Assembly: GCA_030691385.1 (NCBI GenBank)
Contig: JAUYEI010000014.1
Location: 8,908 to 72,907 of the forward strand
DNA from: Azonexus sp.
Lineage (GTDB): Bacteria > Pseudomonadota > Gammaproteobacteria > Burkholderiales > Rhodocyclaceae
Direction: 5' to 3'
Length of the DNA stretch: 64,000 bases
The position numbers and the translations under genes are program-made. Below are positions 27,642 to 39,738 of the stretch, in pieces; within the stretch, counting starts at the first letter, position 1; every line of letters starts with the position of its first letter. The notes under the pieces are model-generated. The model was not told the origin of the DNA, made no database searches, and saw nothing but the letters and a program-made list of their open reading frames with translations.

Positions 27642-28852
27642 GCTGTTTGGCGGCGGTTGAGCCAGGTCGCGGCGGCGAGTGCCAGGGCCGCGCAGGCGAG
27701 AAGTTTGACGAGGTCAGGCAGGATGGCGGCAAAGTCGCCGTGGCGCAGCATGACGGTGTGGAAGCCGTTGAGCGCCCAGGCCATCGGCGACCATTCGGCG
27801 AGGGTCTGCATGGCGCCCGGCATCATGAACTTGGGGACCATGATGCCGCCGATGGCCGCCATCAGGATGTTGCCGACGCCGCCGATGATCGTCGATTGTT
27901 GTGTCGTCTGGGCCAGGCTGGCGACGAGCAGGGCGCAGGCGACGGCGGCCAGGCTGACGGCGGCGGCGACCAGCCACCAGTGGAGCAGCCCGGCGCCGGT
28001 GGGCATGGCGAGCGCCTCGCCGCCGAACAGCGGGACGCCCCAGATGCCGACGGCAACCATCAGCACGGCCTGGATCTGGTTGACGACGAAAAAGGGCAGC
28101 AGCTTGCCGAGCAGGAGGAAGCGGAAAGGCAGGCCCATGGCGGCGAGGCGCTGGAGCGTGCCTTGCTGGCGTTCGGTGATCAGGATGGCGGAAATCGGGA
28201 TGACCACGAAGAACATGGCGAAAACCAGCCAGGCCGGCACGTTTTGCTGCACCGACGAGGGCGGGCGGATGCTGCGGTCGTTCTGCACGGCGGTGCTGAC
28301 GATTTCGTCCGGCCAGTCGCGTTCGGCCGGCCGGGCGCTCGTCGGCAGGCCGAACAGCTTGCCGGCGCTGTGCGTCAGTTCGTCGGCCCGCAGCATGCCG
28401 AGCGCGGCACTGGTCTGGTTGCGGAAGGCGAGTTGCAGGGCGGGGTTAAGGGTCGGATCGACCATCAGGGTCAGCGCCTCGGTGGCCTGGCCGTCGGCCC
28501 CGGCCGGGGTCAGCAGGCGTTCGCCGAAGCCCTTGGGCAGGACCAGCGCCAGCGCGTAGCGACCGGCGCGGATGTCGGCTCGGGCGGCGTCGGTTGTCGC
28601 CGGGTCGGCGACGCGACGGAAGCTGCCGGTCTTGCCCAGGCGGCGGGCCAGCGATTGCGAATGGGGGCTGCCGTCGAGGTCGACGATGGCGTAGGCCACG
28701 TCGATGGCGGCGCCGGGCATGAAGGCATCGTGCAGCGCCATGGTCATGACCAGGATGAAGATGACGGGCATGACGAAAAGGGCAGCCAGACCGTGCCGGT
28801 CGCGCAGCAAGGCCAGGGTTTCCTTGGTCCACAGGGCGGTGAGGCGGGTCAT
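27638..28852 (-). CDS. ABC-2 type exporter permease
   Basis: KETLALLRDR start, QQNVPAWLVFAMFF, ERQQGTLQRL, GGIMVP, SPMAWAL. Confidence 0.88.
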   Translation of the reverse strand: MTRLTALWTKETLALLRDRHGLAALFVMPVIFILVMTMALHDAFMPGAAIDVAYAIVDLDGSPHSQSLARRLGKTGSFRRVADPATTDAARADIRAGRYALALVLPKGFGERLLTPAGADGQATEALTLMVDPTLNPALQLAFRNQTSAALGMLRADELTHSAGKLFGLPTSARPAERDWPDEIVSTAVQNDRSIRPPSSVQQNVPAWLVFAMFFVVIPISAILITERQQGTLQRLAAMGLPFRFLLLGKLLPFFVVNQIQAVLMVAVGIWGVPLFGGEALAMPTGAGLLHWWLVAAAVSLAAVACALLVASLAQTTQQSTIIGGVGNILMAAIGGIMVPKFMMPGAMQTLAEWSPMAWALNGFHTVMLRHGDFAAILPDLVKLLACAALALAAATWLNRRQTA

Positions 28853-28862
28853 GGCGTTTTCG

Positions 28863-29774
28863 CTAGTCCCGCAATGAGCGCCGGGTCAGGCGCATGAAAA
28901 GCTGTTCGAGATTTTGCCGTCCGACGTGCAGTTGGCGCACGGTGCAGCCGGCTACGGCCAGTTCATCGAGCAAACGCGCCACTTCCACGGTCGACCGGAA
29001 AAATAGGCCAAATTTGAAATGGCCGAGATCGGTCGCTGCGTAGCGTTCGGCCAGGGCTGCAGGCAGCGCCTGGTCGAGCTCGATTTCGGCGCTGCTGTCG
29101 GCGGTGGCCAGCAGGTCGTCGAGTGTGCCTTCGCTCAGGACGCGACCCTGGTCGAGGATGGCGACACGCTGGCAGATGGCCTCGACTTCTTCCATGTAGT
29201 GGCTGGTGTAGAGCACCGTGGTGCCGCTGGCGGGCAGGGCGGCAATGGATTCGAGCAGGAAGCTGCGCGACTGCGGGTCGACGCCGACGGTGGGTTCGTC
29301 GAGCAGGAGCAGCTGTGGCTGGCCGAGCAGGCCGATGGCCAGGTTGAGGCGCCGGCGCAGGCCGCCGGAGAGTTGTTCGGCGCGTTTGCCGGTGACCTGT
29401 TCGAGCCGGGCGAAGGCGATGGCGGCGTCGATCTGCTGCCGGCGTTCGTCGCGCGCCAGGCCAAGCGCGCCGGCGAAGAAGGCCAGATTCTCGGCCACCG
29501 TGAGCATCGGGTAGAAGGCGTAGTCCTGCGGCACCAGCGAAATGGCGCGCGGGTTGGCGGCGCGGGCTTCGGTCAGCGGCTGGTCATTCAGCGAAATTTT
29601 GCCATCGGCTGCGGTCAACAGGCCGGCGAGCAGGGAGATCAGCGTCGTCTTGCCGGCGCCGTTCGGGCCGAGCAGGCCGTAAACGCCGCCGGCTGGAATG
29701 TTGAGCGATACATCCTGCAACGCCGGGGCGGCGGCATCGCGATAGCGGTAGGAAACGCCATCGACCTTGAGCAT
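28863..29774 (-). CDS. ABC exporter ATP-binding protein
   Basis: GPNGAGKTT, LSGGLRRRLNLA, LDEPTVGVD. ATG 29774 coupled to the upstream stop (TGATG). Confidence 0.92.
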   Translation of the reverse strand: MLKVDGVSYRYRDAAAPALQDVSLNIPAGGVYGLLGPNGAGKTTLISLLAGLLTAADGKISLNDQPLTEARAANPRAISLVPQDYAFYPMLTVAENLAFFAGALGLARDERRQQIDAAIAFARLEQVTGKRAEQLSGGLRRRLNLAIGLLGQPQLLLLDEPTVGVDPQSRSFLLESIAALPASGTTVLYTSHYMEEVEAICQRVAILDQGRVLSEGTLDDLLATADSSAEIELDQALPAALAERYAATDLGHFKFGLFFRSTVEVARLLDELAVAGCTVRQLHVGRQNLEQLFMRLTRRSLRD

Positions 29775-30769
29775 CAGGCAGCGCGGCGCAGGTCGCGGAA
29801 GAAGACCTGCTCGCGGTCGGCGATGGCGCACAGCTTGTCGGCCAGCTTGGCGGGATTGAGCGGCTCGCGGTCGCGGATCATGCGGGCGGTGGACAGCGCG
29901 AATTCGCGCCACTCGTCGCCGATGTCGATGAGGGTTTCGGACAGTTCGTTGAGCCCCGGGCGGGCGAGGCGTTCGGCCGCTTCCTGCAGGAAGGCGGCGT
30001 AGATGAAGCGGAAGCCGCCACCGCCGGTGCCGATTTCTTCCTGCATGCGGACGACCTGGCCGATGAACATCTTGGCCGCAGCCGGCTTGCCGGCTGCATC
30101 GAGGCGCCCGATGGCCTTGGCCAGGCGCCGGATGCCGCGCACGCCGATGATCGGGATCGGCGAGTCGAGCAGGATGCGCGTCGTCTTCTTGATGGCCTTG
30201 GGCAGAACCTTGGCCCAGTCCGGCTCGGACGGCTTGCCTTCCGGGTAGTAAAGCAGCCCCTTCGGCGCCAGCACGCCCTTGGCGAACCGGGCCCGGCGCA
30301 GATCGGCCGGGGCGCAGGTCACGGTCGTTTCGACCACCGGATCGGATAGCTGGTAGTCGCCGCTCGCCGCATCGCGGCCATAGGCCAGCACATTGTGGGC
30401 GTTGAAATGAAAGCGCAGGTCTTCCGGCATGTAGGGCAGCCAGAACACCGAGGTCTGCATGCCGACCAGCTGGCCAGCGGCGAGCAGTTCGTTGAGGCGC
30501 TTTTCGCCGGCTTCCGGGCTGCGGAAGGTTTCGAAACGCATCTTGAGGCCGAGCGGTTTCTGCAGACCCTTGATGATGAACTTCGGCGGCATGCGGTAGG
30601 CGACCAGCGGCAGGCCGTTGATCTTGATGATCGGCAGATAGGCGAAGGAGAGTGCCGACGACAGGCCGAAAGCCATCGCTTCCGAGATCGGCAGGCCGAG
30701 ATGGCGCAGCATGGCCGACATGACGCCGCTTTCGCAGTGGGAAGCGTGGCTGTGCTGGAATTCCATCAT
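29774..30769 (-). CDS. BtrH N-terminal / DUF4872 protein (papain-like Cys-His fold)
   Basis: MMEFQHSHASHCESG (Cys), FHFNAHNVLAYG (His), EEIGTGGGGFRFIYAAFL C-terminal motif. Confidence 0.75.
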   Translation of the reverse strand: MMEFQHSHASHCESGVMSAMLRHLGLPISEAMAFGLSSALSFAYLPIIKINGLPLVAYRMPPKFIIKGLQKPLGLKMRFETFRSPEAGEKRLNELLAAGQLVGMQTSVFWLPYMPEDLRFHFNAHNVLAYGRDAASGDYQLSDPVVETTVTCAPADLRRARFAKGVLAPKGLLYYPEGKPSEPDWAKVLPKAIKKTTRILLDSPIPIIGVRGIRRLAKAIGRLDAAGKPAAAKMFIGQVVRMQEEIGTGGGGFRFIYAAFLQEAAERLARPGLNELSETLIDIGDEWREFALSTARMIRDREPLNPAKLADKLCAIADREQVFFRDLRRAA

Positions 30770-31004
30770 CCTTGAAACCTCAGTTGGGCGTGGCTGAGGG
30801 TGCGCCGGGGCGGGAGGGCCGGCGCCACGCGACGACGCGGCTGGCTCATGCCTGCACGGAGGAGCGACAAAGCCGGACGCCCGACCAGGCGTGCCAGCGG
30901 CCACGTAGCGCTGTCACCCAAGGGGTCAATCGCCTCGAAGGCGCAAAGGCCCGTATGCAGGCGGCTGGCCAAGGCTGGATAAGCGGTCAACTGAGGTTTC
31001 AAGG
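30770..31004. mobile_element. MITE-like element with perfect terminal inverted repeats
   Basis: CCTTGAAACCTCAGTTG (30770-30786) and CAACTGAGGTTTCAAGG (30988-31004), flanked on both sides by AT. Non-coding interior; occupies the whole gap between two operon genes. Confidence 0.7.
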
Positions 31005-31005
31005 A

Positions 31006-31401
31006 TTACGGGGCCTTTTTGAGTTGCTCGACCGTCAGGCCCATGGCATCGCCATAGCGCTTGAGCAGCCCGGTCGACAGGCCCTGGAAAATATCGGGTC
31101 GGAAGTGACGGCGGATGCGCCATTGCCACAGGCCGGTGACCTGCGACAACAGTGGCACGTCCATGCGCGCCCGGTGCATGTGGTATTCGAGCGGCGAAGT
31201 CTGGCCGGCGATGACGCGCTGGCGGGCATCCTCGGCCAGGCGGTTGAGGTCTTCGACGGCCTGCCGGGTGACGATTTCCTCGACTTCCCAGCCGGCCGAT
31301 TGCACGATGTGCAGCTTGCCATCGGCGCCGCGTGCGTACATCGCCTTGCGCTGGCCGCCCAGCGTGCTGTTGCCCTCCTGCGGAACTTCGCTATCCAGCA
31401 T
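31006..31401 (-). CDS. Conserved hypothetical protein of dar-type clusters (C-terminal HTH-like region)
   Basis: 131 aa, overlaps the darB stop. SPLEYHM...MD...L....[10 protein letters not shown] motif recalled from darAB neighbourhoods. Confidence 0.65.
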   Translation of the reverse strand: MLDSEVPQEGNSTLGGQRKAMYARGADGKLHIVQSAGWEVEEIVTRQAVEDLNRLAEDARQRVIAGQTSPLEYHMHRARMDVPLLSQVTGLWQWRIRRHFRPDIFQGLSTGLLKRYGDAMGLTVEQLKKAP

Positions 31402-32557
31402 GGTCGACCGCCGTCAGGTGCATGAGCGAGCCGGTGAAGCGGCCGCTCTCGGGGATGAAGCAGAGCAGGCGGTCGCCGTGTTTGAGGCGGCCGCTTTTGA
31501 GCAACTCGTCGATCATGATGTAGATCGAAGCCGAGCCGGTATTGCCCTTGCTCTGCAGGTTGGAAAACCATTTGTCCTGGGCGATCGGGAAGCCGACGGC
31601 GGCCATGCAGTCGGCCATCGGCCGGCGGAAATACTCGGAAGACATGTGCGGCAGGAACCAGTCGATGTCGGCCGGTTTGACATCGCGGGTGCGCTGCATT
31701 TTTTCCAGCGACTTGCCGATAGTCTGGTAGGTCACTTCGGCATTGAGCAAACGGACATCCTGTTTGACCGAGAAGATCGACAGAGTCGCCCGCTGTTCCG
31801 GCGAATAGTGCTGCCAGCCCTGCAGCGACCCATCACCGAGCTTTTCACCGCCGGCATACATGCAGACTTCCATCGTATTGGCCTGCGACAGGATGTCGAT
31901 CCAGTCGATGCGCAGCGACAGGCCGTCGGGGCGTGGCTGATCCTGGAGCAGAAAGGCGCCGGCGCCATCAGACAGCATCCAGCGCAGGAAATCCTTCTCG
32001 AAAGCGATTTCCGGATTGGTTTCCAGTTCGGCTACCCGGTGTTCCGATTCGGCGGCGAAATTGCGGGCATGCAGGATGCTGGAGGATAGTTCGGAGGCGG
32101 TCGCCACCGCGTTGCGGGCCAGACCGGAAAGAACGCTCATGTAGGCATACTTGAGCGCCGTGATGCCGGCGACGCAAATGGCTGCGGTCGACACCACTTC
32201 GCAGGCCGGAATGCCCAGTTCGCCATGCACCATGACGCCATGGTTGGGCATGATCTGGTCCGGAATGGTCGTGCCGCTGACCAGGCAATCGATGTCATCG
32301 GGAGAAAAGCGTTCGCAGGCCAGGCCGCGCACGGCTTCGGCCGTTAGCTGGGCATTGGTATGGGTAGGGGCGCCGGTCACCGGGTCGATGGCGTAGTGGC
32401 GCTGGCGGATACCGTTGTTGCGCAGCACGATGCGCCGGGCGCGCGATGGCTTGCCGGCGATCATGCCGAGCACTTTTTCGATATTGTCGTTGCCGACCGG
32501 CGCATTGGGCAGGAAGGCCGAGGTGCCGTTGATATAAACCTTGCCGCTAGGGTGCAT
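31391..32557 (-). CDS. darB: DarB/StlD-family ketosynthase III (dialkylresorcinol/cyclohexanedione synthase)
   Basis: [28 protein letters not shown] (Cys), [37 protein letters not shown]. Confidence 0.85.
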   Translation of the reverse strand: MHPSGKVYINGTSAFLPNAPVGNDNIEKVLGMIAGKPSRARRIVLRNNGIRQRHYAIDPVTGAPTHTNAQLTAEAVRGLACERFSPDDIDCLVSGTTIPDQIMPNHGVMVHGELGIPACEVVSTAAICVAGITALKYAYMSVLSGLARNAVATASELSSSILHARNFAAESEHRVAELETNPEIAFEKDFLRWMLSDGAGAFLLQDQPRPDGLSLRIDWIDILSQANTMEVCMYAGGEKLGDGSLQGWQHYSPEQRATLSIFSVKQDVRLLNAEVTYQTIGKSLEKMQRTRDVKPADIDWFLPHMSSEYFRRPMADCMAAVGFPIAQDKWFSNLQSKGNTGSASIYIMIDELLKSGRLKHGDRLLCFIPESGRFTGSLMHLTAVDHAG

Positions 32558-33491
32558 ATTTTTGTAAGTTGAATTCCTGCGAGCCGGAAGGTTGTTCCAG
32601 TTCGGCCTTGAGCCGCTCAAGTCGCGGTTTGAGCAGCGGGGAAAATAGCCATTGTAACAACAGGCTTATTGGAACGACGGTCACGATGAGCGTAATCAGG
32701 TAGACAACGAAAAGTAAAAGCACGGGCCGCCGCCGCCACTGGCCACGCTGGCCAAATAGCCGGACCAGTTTCGACCAGACGCCAAAAGCCCGCCGGCCGG
32801 CGCGTTCGCTGATGGCCAGGCGCGGATTGACGGTGACTGCACGCAGTCCGCCGAGCATCGGCTGTTCCAGTTTTTCCTGGTCGTGGTTGAGTCCATCGGC
32901 CAGGGCCAGCCCGAATCGGCCGGCCTGATGTATTTCTTGAGGCGATACGCCGGCCGGTGGCAAGCCAAGAAAGCTGTCCTTCTTGCCCGTCCACACCCAG
33001 CGCGGCGTGGTGATGAAGGTGGCTAGCGGATGGCCCTGGTCGGTAAAGGCCATGTGGTCGATCAGGCGGCCGCCAGCATCGGCAATTAGCTGTTTCATCG
33101 TTTCCTGTGCCGACAGCCACATGTTGCGGCAGGCGACCAGGGTGATGACCGGTTTGCCGCAGATCAACTGCCGGCCTTCAGCGCTTTGCAGGAAGGCCGT
33201 CATTGGCAAGGCGGGGGAGAGATACCAGACCTGATAGGTCAGGATCACCAGATCGAAGGGGGTATCAGCGGCGATGCCCAGCGGGCGCAACGGCGGCGCA
33301 TCGAGCTGCACGCATTCGGGGAAGGCATCGAAAAAATCGACAATCGGCCACGGAAACGGAAACGGCGTTGCCGGCACCAGTGTTTCGAGATGCACGTCGT
33401 GACCGGCTGCCCGCAAGGGGGCGACGACCCGCTCGGTAATGTCCGAAAGCTGTCCGGTTTGGGAGTAATTGACGACGAGAACGCGTTTCAA
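32547..33491 (-). CDS. darA: DarA dialkylresorcinol condensing/aromatase enzyme
   Basis: [19 protein letters not shown]...[35 protein letters not shown]. Probable TTG start 33491. Confidence 0.85.
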   Translation of the reverse strand: MKRVLVVNYSQTGQLSDITERVVAPLRAAGHDVHLETLVPATPFPFPWPIVDFFDAFPECVQLDAPPLRPLGIAADTPFDLVILTYQVWYLSPALPMTAFLQSAEGRQLICGKPVITLVACRNMWLSAQETMKQLIADAGGRLIDHMAFTDQGHPLATFITTPRWVWTGKKDSFLGLPPAGVSPQEIHQAGRFGLALADGLNHDQEKLEQPMLGGLRAVTVNPRLAISERAGRRAFGVWSKLVRLFGQRGQWRRRPVLLLFVVYLITLIVTVVPISLLLQWLFSPLLKPRLERLKAELEQPSGSQEFNLQKYAP

Positions 33492-33623
33492 GAGGCATCC
33501 GCTGAGCTGGCTAACCTGTAATTCTAGCAAATCGGCTTGGGCTGACGGCGATCGGGCATTATCCCATCCGCAAGTGTGATTTTGGTCGGGACGCTTGGGG
33601 TTTTTCGCCCTTATCGGCTATGA

Positions 33624-36124
<2,501 letters not shown>

Positions 36125-36176
36125 TTCACCTGTTAATTATTTAGTTTAAGTTTTTAATTTAACCTTCTGATAATAA

Positions 36177-37469
<1,293 letters not shown>

Positions 37470-37475
37470 TCACGC

Positions 37476-37760
37476 ATGCGCTGGCTGACGGTCGGCCTTC
37501 TCGCAGCCATCGGCCTGCTCCAGTTCCCTCTGTGGATGGGCAAGGGCGGCTGGCTGAAGGTATGGGAGTACGACCGTCAATTGCAGCAGCAGAAGGAAGT
37601 GACCAAAAAACTGGAAATCAGGAACGCGGGCCTCGACGCCGAGGTTCGCGACCTGAAACAAGGTTACGACGCCATCGAGGAACGTGCCCGCTTCGAGCTG
37701 GGCATGGTCCGCCAGGACGAAACCTTCGTGCAGATTCCGGAAAAGGTTCCGGGAAAATAA
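37476..37760 (+). CDS. ftsB: Cell division protein FtsB
   Basis: TM helix, LWMGKGG, coiled coil, [12 protein letters not shown]. Canonical eno-ftsB order. Confidence 0.93.
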   Translation: MRWLTVGLLAAIGLLQFPLWMGKGGWLKVWEYDRQLQQQKEVTKKLEIRNAGLDAEVRDLKQGYDAIEERARFELGMVRQDETFVQIPEKVPGK

Positions 37761-37856
37761 GCGAAATAAAGGCGTCGACCGCAGTAGTCATCAGCATTTG
37801 CCTCCGTTAGAATCGTTCTCGGCAGTGCCCCACGCAGAGCGCTCAAGGAGAACAAC

Positions 37857-38330
37857 ATGCTGCTCAAGGTTGGCGAAATGGCTCCCTCATTCTCGTTGCC
37901 GGATGCCGATATGGAGACTATCGATCTGGCGAAGTTTCAGGGGCAGAAACACATCGTTATTTTCTTCTATCCAAAAGATGGAACCCCCTGTTGTACCAAG
38001 GAGGTCACCGATTTTTCGGATCACGAGGACGAGTTTCTCCGCCAGGATTGCGTGCTGTTCGGCGTTAGTCGTGACGACTGCCTGAAGCATGCGGAGTTTC
38101 GCGACAAGGAAGGTATCGGCATCGATCTGCTGTCCGATGCAGAAGGCACCGTCTGCAAGCAATACGGTGTCTGGCAGGCCAGGGAGGTGGATGGCCACAG
38201 GAAATTCGGCGTTTGCCGCTCGACCTTTATCATCGATCGTCGCGGTATCATTCGCCACGCGCTTTACAACGTCAATTACAAGGGCCACGCACTGGAAGTG
38301 CTGCGCCTCGTCAAGGAACTAAATTCATGA
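37857..38330 (+). CDS. bcp: Peroxiredoxin, Bcp/PrxQ family
   Basis: FFYPKDGTPCCTKE, GVSRD, RSTFIID. Confidence 0.85.
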   Translation: MLLKVGEMAPSFSLPDADMETIDLAKFQGQKHIVIFFYPKDGTPCCTKEVTDFSDHEDEFLRQDCVLFGVSRDDCLKHAEFRDKEGIGIDLLSDAEGTVCKQYGVWQAREVDGHRKFGVCRSTFIIDRRGIIRHALYNVNYKGHALEVLRLVKELNS

Positions 38331-38827
38331 ACACGCAGGTTGCCAAGAATTCCGTCATCACCCTCGATTACCACGTCACCGATCCCGATGGCGAAGTGGT
38401 CGATGAAGGCCGCGAGCCGCTGATTTACCTGCATGGTGGTTACGACGATATTTTCCCGCTGATCGAGGAAGCCTTGCAGGGCAAGAAGATCGGCGAGTCG
38501 GTCAAGGTCAAGCTGCAGCCGGACGAGGCGTTTGGTGAATACGATGCCGAGATGGTTCAGATCGAGCCACGCAAGGACTTTCCGAAGGAACTTGAGGTTG
38601 GCATGCAGTTCGAAGGCGGCCCGGAAGAGGGCGGCGAAGATGACTTCGTGATCTATCGCGTCACCGAAATTGCCGACGAGAAGGTCGTTCTCGACGGCAA
38701 TCACCCGCTGGCCGGCATGGCTTTGGTCTTCACCTGCACGGTCACGGCAATTCGCCCGGCCAGTGCGGAAGAAGTCGAGCACGGCCACGTGCATGGCGGT
38801 GATGACGAAGAGGAAGGCTGCCACTAA
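38327..38827 (+). CDS. slyD: FKBP-type peptidyl-prolyl isomerase SlyD
   Basis: YLHGG, AFGEYD, DGNHPLAG, His/acidic tail EHGHVHGGDDEEEGCH. ATGA overlap with bcp. Confidence 0.9.
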   Translation: MNTQVAKNSVITLDYHVTDPDGEVVDEGREPLIYLHGGYDDIFPLIEEALQGKKIGESVKVKLQPDEAFGEYDAEMVQIEPRKDFPKELEVGMQFEGGPEEGGEDDFVIYRVTEIADEKVVLDGNHPLAGMALVFTCTVTAIRPASAEEVEHGHVHGGDDEEEGCH

Positions 38828-38941
38828 GGGTTCGTAAGGAAATAAGCTGGATATTTGGCCGCTGGGTCGGGATGCGATGCAAGGCGCGGAGCGCGCCCGA
38901 GCCCAGCGAGCCAAATGTTCAAGTTATTGACGAACGAGCCC
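38828..38941. mobile_element. 114-bp palindromic MITE with TAA target duplication
   Basis: Begins GGGTTCG, ends CGAGCCC. About 45-bp imperfect inverted arms. TAA on both flanks (38825-27 is the slyD stop; 38942-44). Confidence 0.6.
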
Positions 38942-38944
38942 TAA

Positions 38945-39554
38945 GGAAGGCCTACGAAATAACTTCCCATTTTTTGACGGCGTAACGAAGGGACGTCGCT
39001 TGCGTGGTAGCTGACTCCAAAACGTCAGAGGTGTGCAGGGTGAGCTATTACCGAGAAGATGTAGAGAAACAGATGAAAGAGTTCTATCGGCGCCTATCGG
39101 AAAAGGATCGTCGCCGATACGCTGCCGTGGAGGCAGCCAAGTTGGATCATGGCGGGCAACAGTACATCGCGGGGTTGTTTGGAATTGACGGCAAGACAAT
39201 TCGGCAAGGATGGGCGGATTTGGAACTGAAGATGCCGCCGGGGAGAAACTCCGAAAAAAGGCGGCGGGCGGCGGGCGGAAGCGCAAGCTCGACCTGACGC
39301 CCAGTCTATCGGCAGCCGGGAGCTCCCTGCTTTCCTGTCTCCATGAGTCACCCCAAAAAGACAGAAAACTACACAAATCAAGGGGCTGTGAACAGCCTCC
39401 TTCGCAACCCGTTGAGCGTGAACGATTATTTCAGAGGGGCAAGGACAATGGCATTCGAATTTTGATGCGATTGCCCTGGCGCGGAGGCTCAGAATACTGC
39501 CGGTAGTGAGTGTCTGTGTTATCCGGATAAGCACGCTTATTTTCTTGCGAGCCT
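38945..39554 (+). pseudogene. Degenerate ISAzo13-like transposase remnant with IR-like ends
   Basis: 39040-39297 encodes LSEKDRRRYAAVEAAKLDHGG....A.LFGIDGKTIRQG (ISAzo13 N-terminus). Continuation GGGRKRK is in another frame, with no DDE core. 39535-39554 (rc AAGGCTCGCAAGAAAATAAGC) matches the MITE left arm at 16/19 nt. Confidence 0.6.
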
Positions 39555-39738
39555 TGAGCTGAACGGCAAGGGTGTCGCGGGCGACTGCGAATCTGGAGGA
39601 AGCCGAAGGCAAAGCGCTAGCCTAGCGAACAAAGAAGCGGATAAGAGGCGGCACAGTGGGGAAAGACGACCGATATCGTCAAAGCCTGAAGCGGCAGGAC
39701 GGGCAGGGAATGGGTTTCATGCGGGCTCCACGCCCGCA

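Noticed and set aside
39555-39738. Possible small ORF or sRNA between the IS remnant and rlhA
   Set aside because: No convincing RBS, motif or structure beyond a short hairpin at the rlhA stop.
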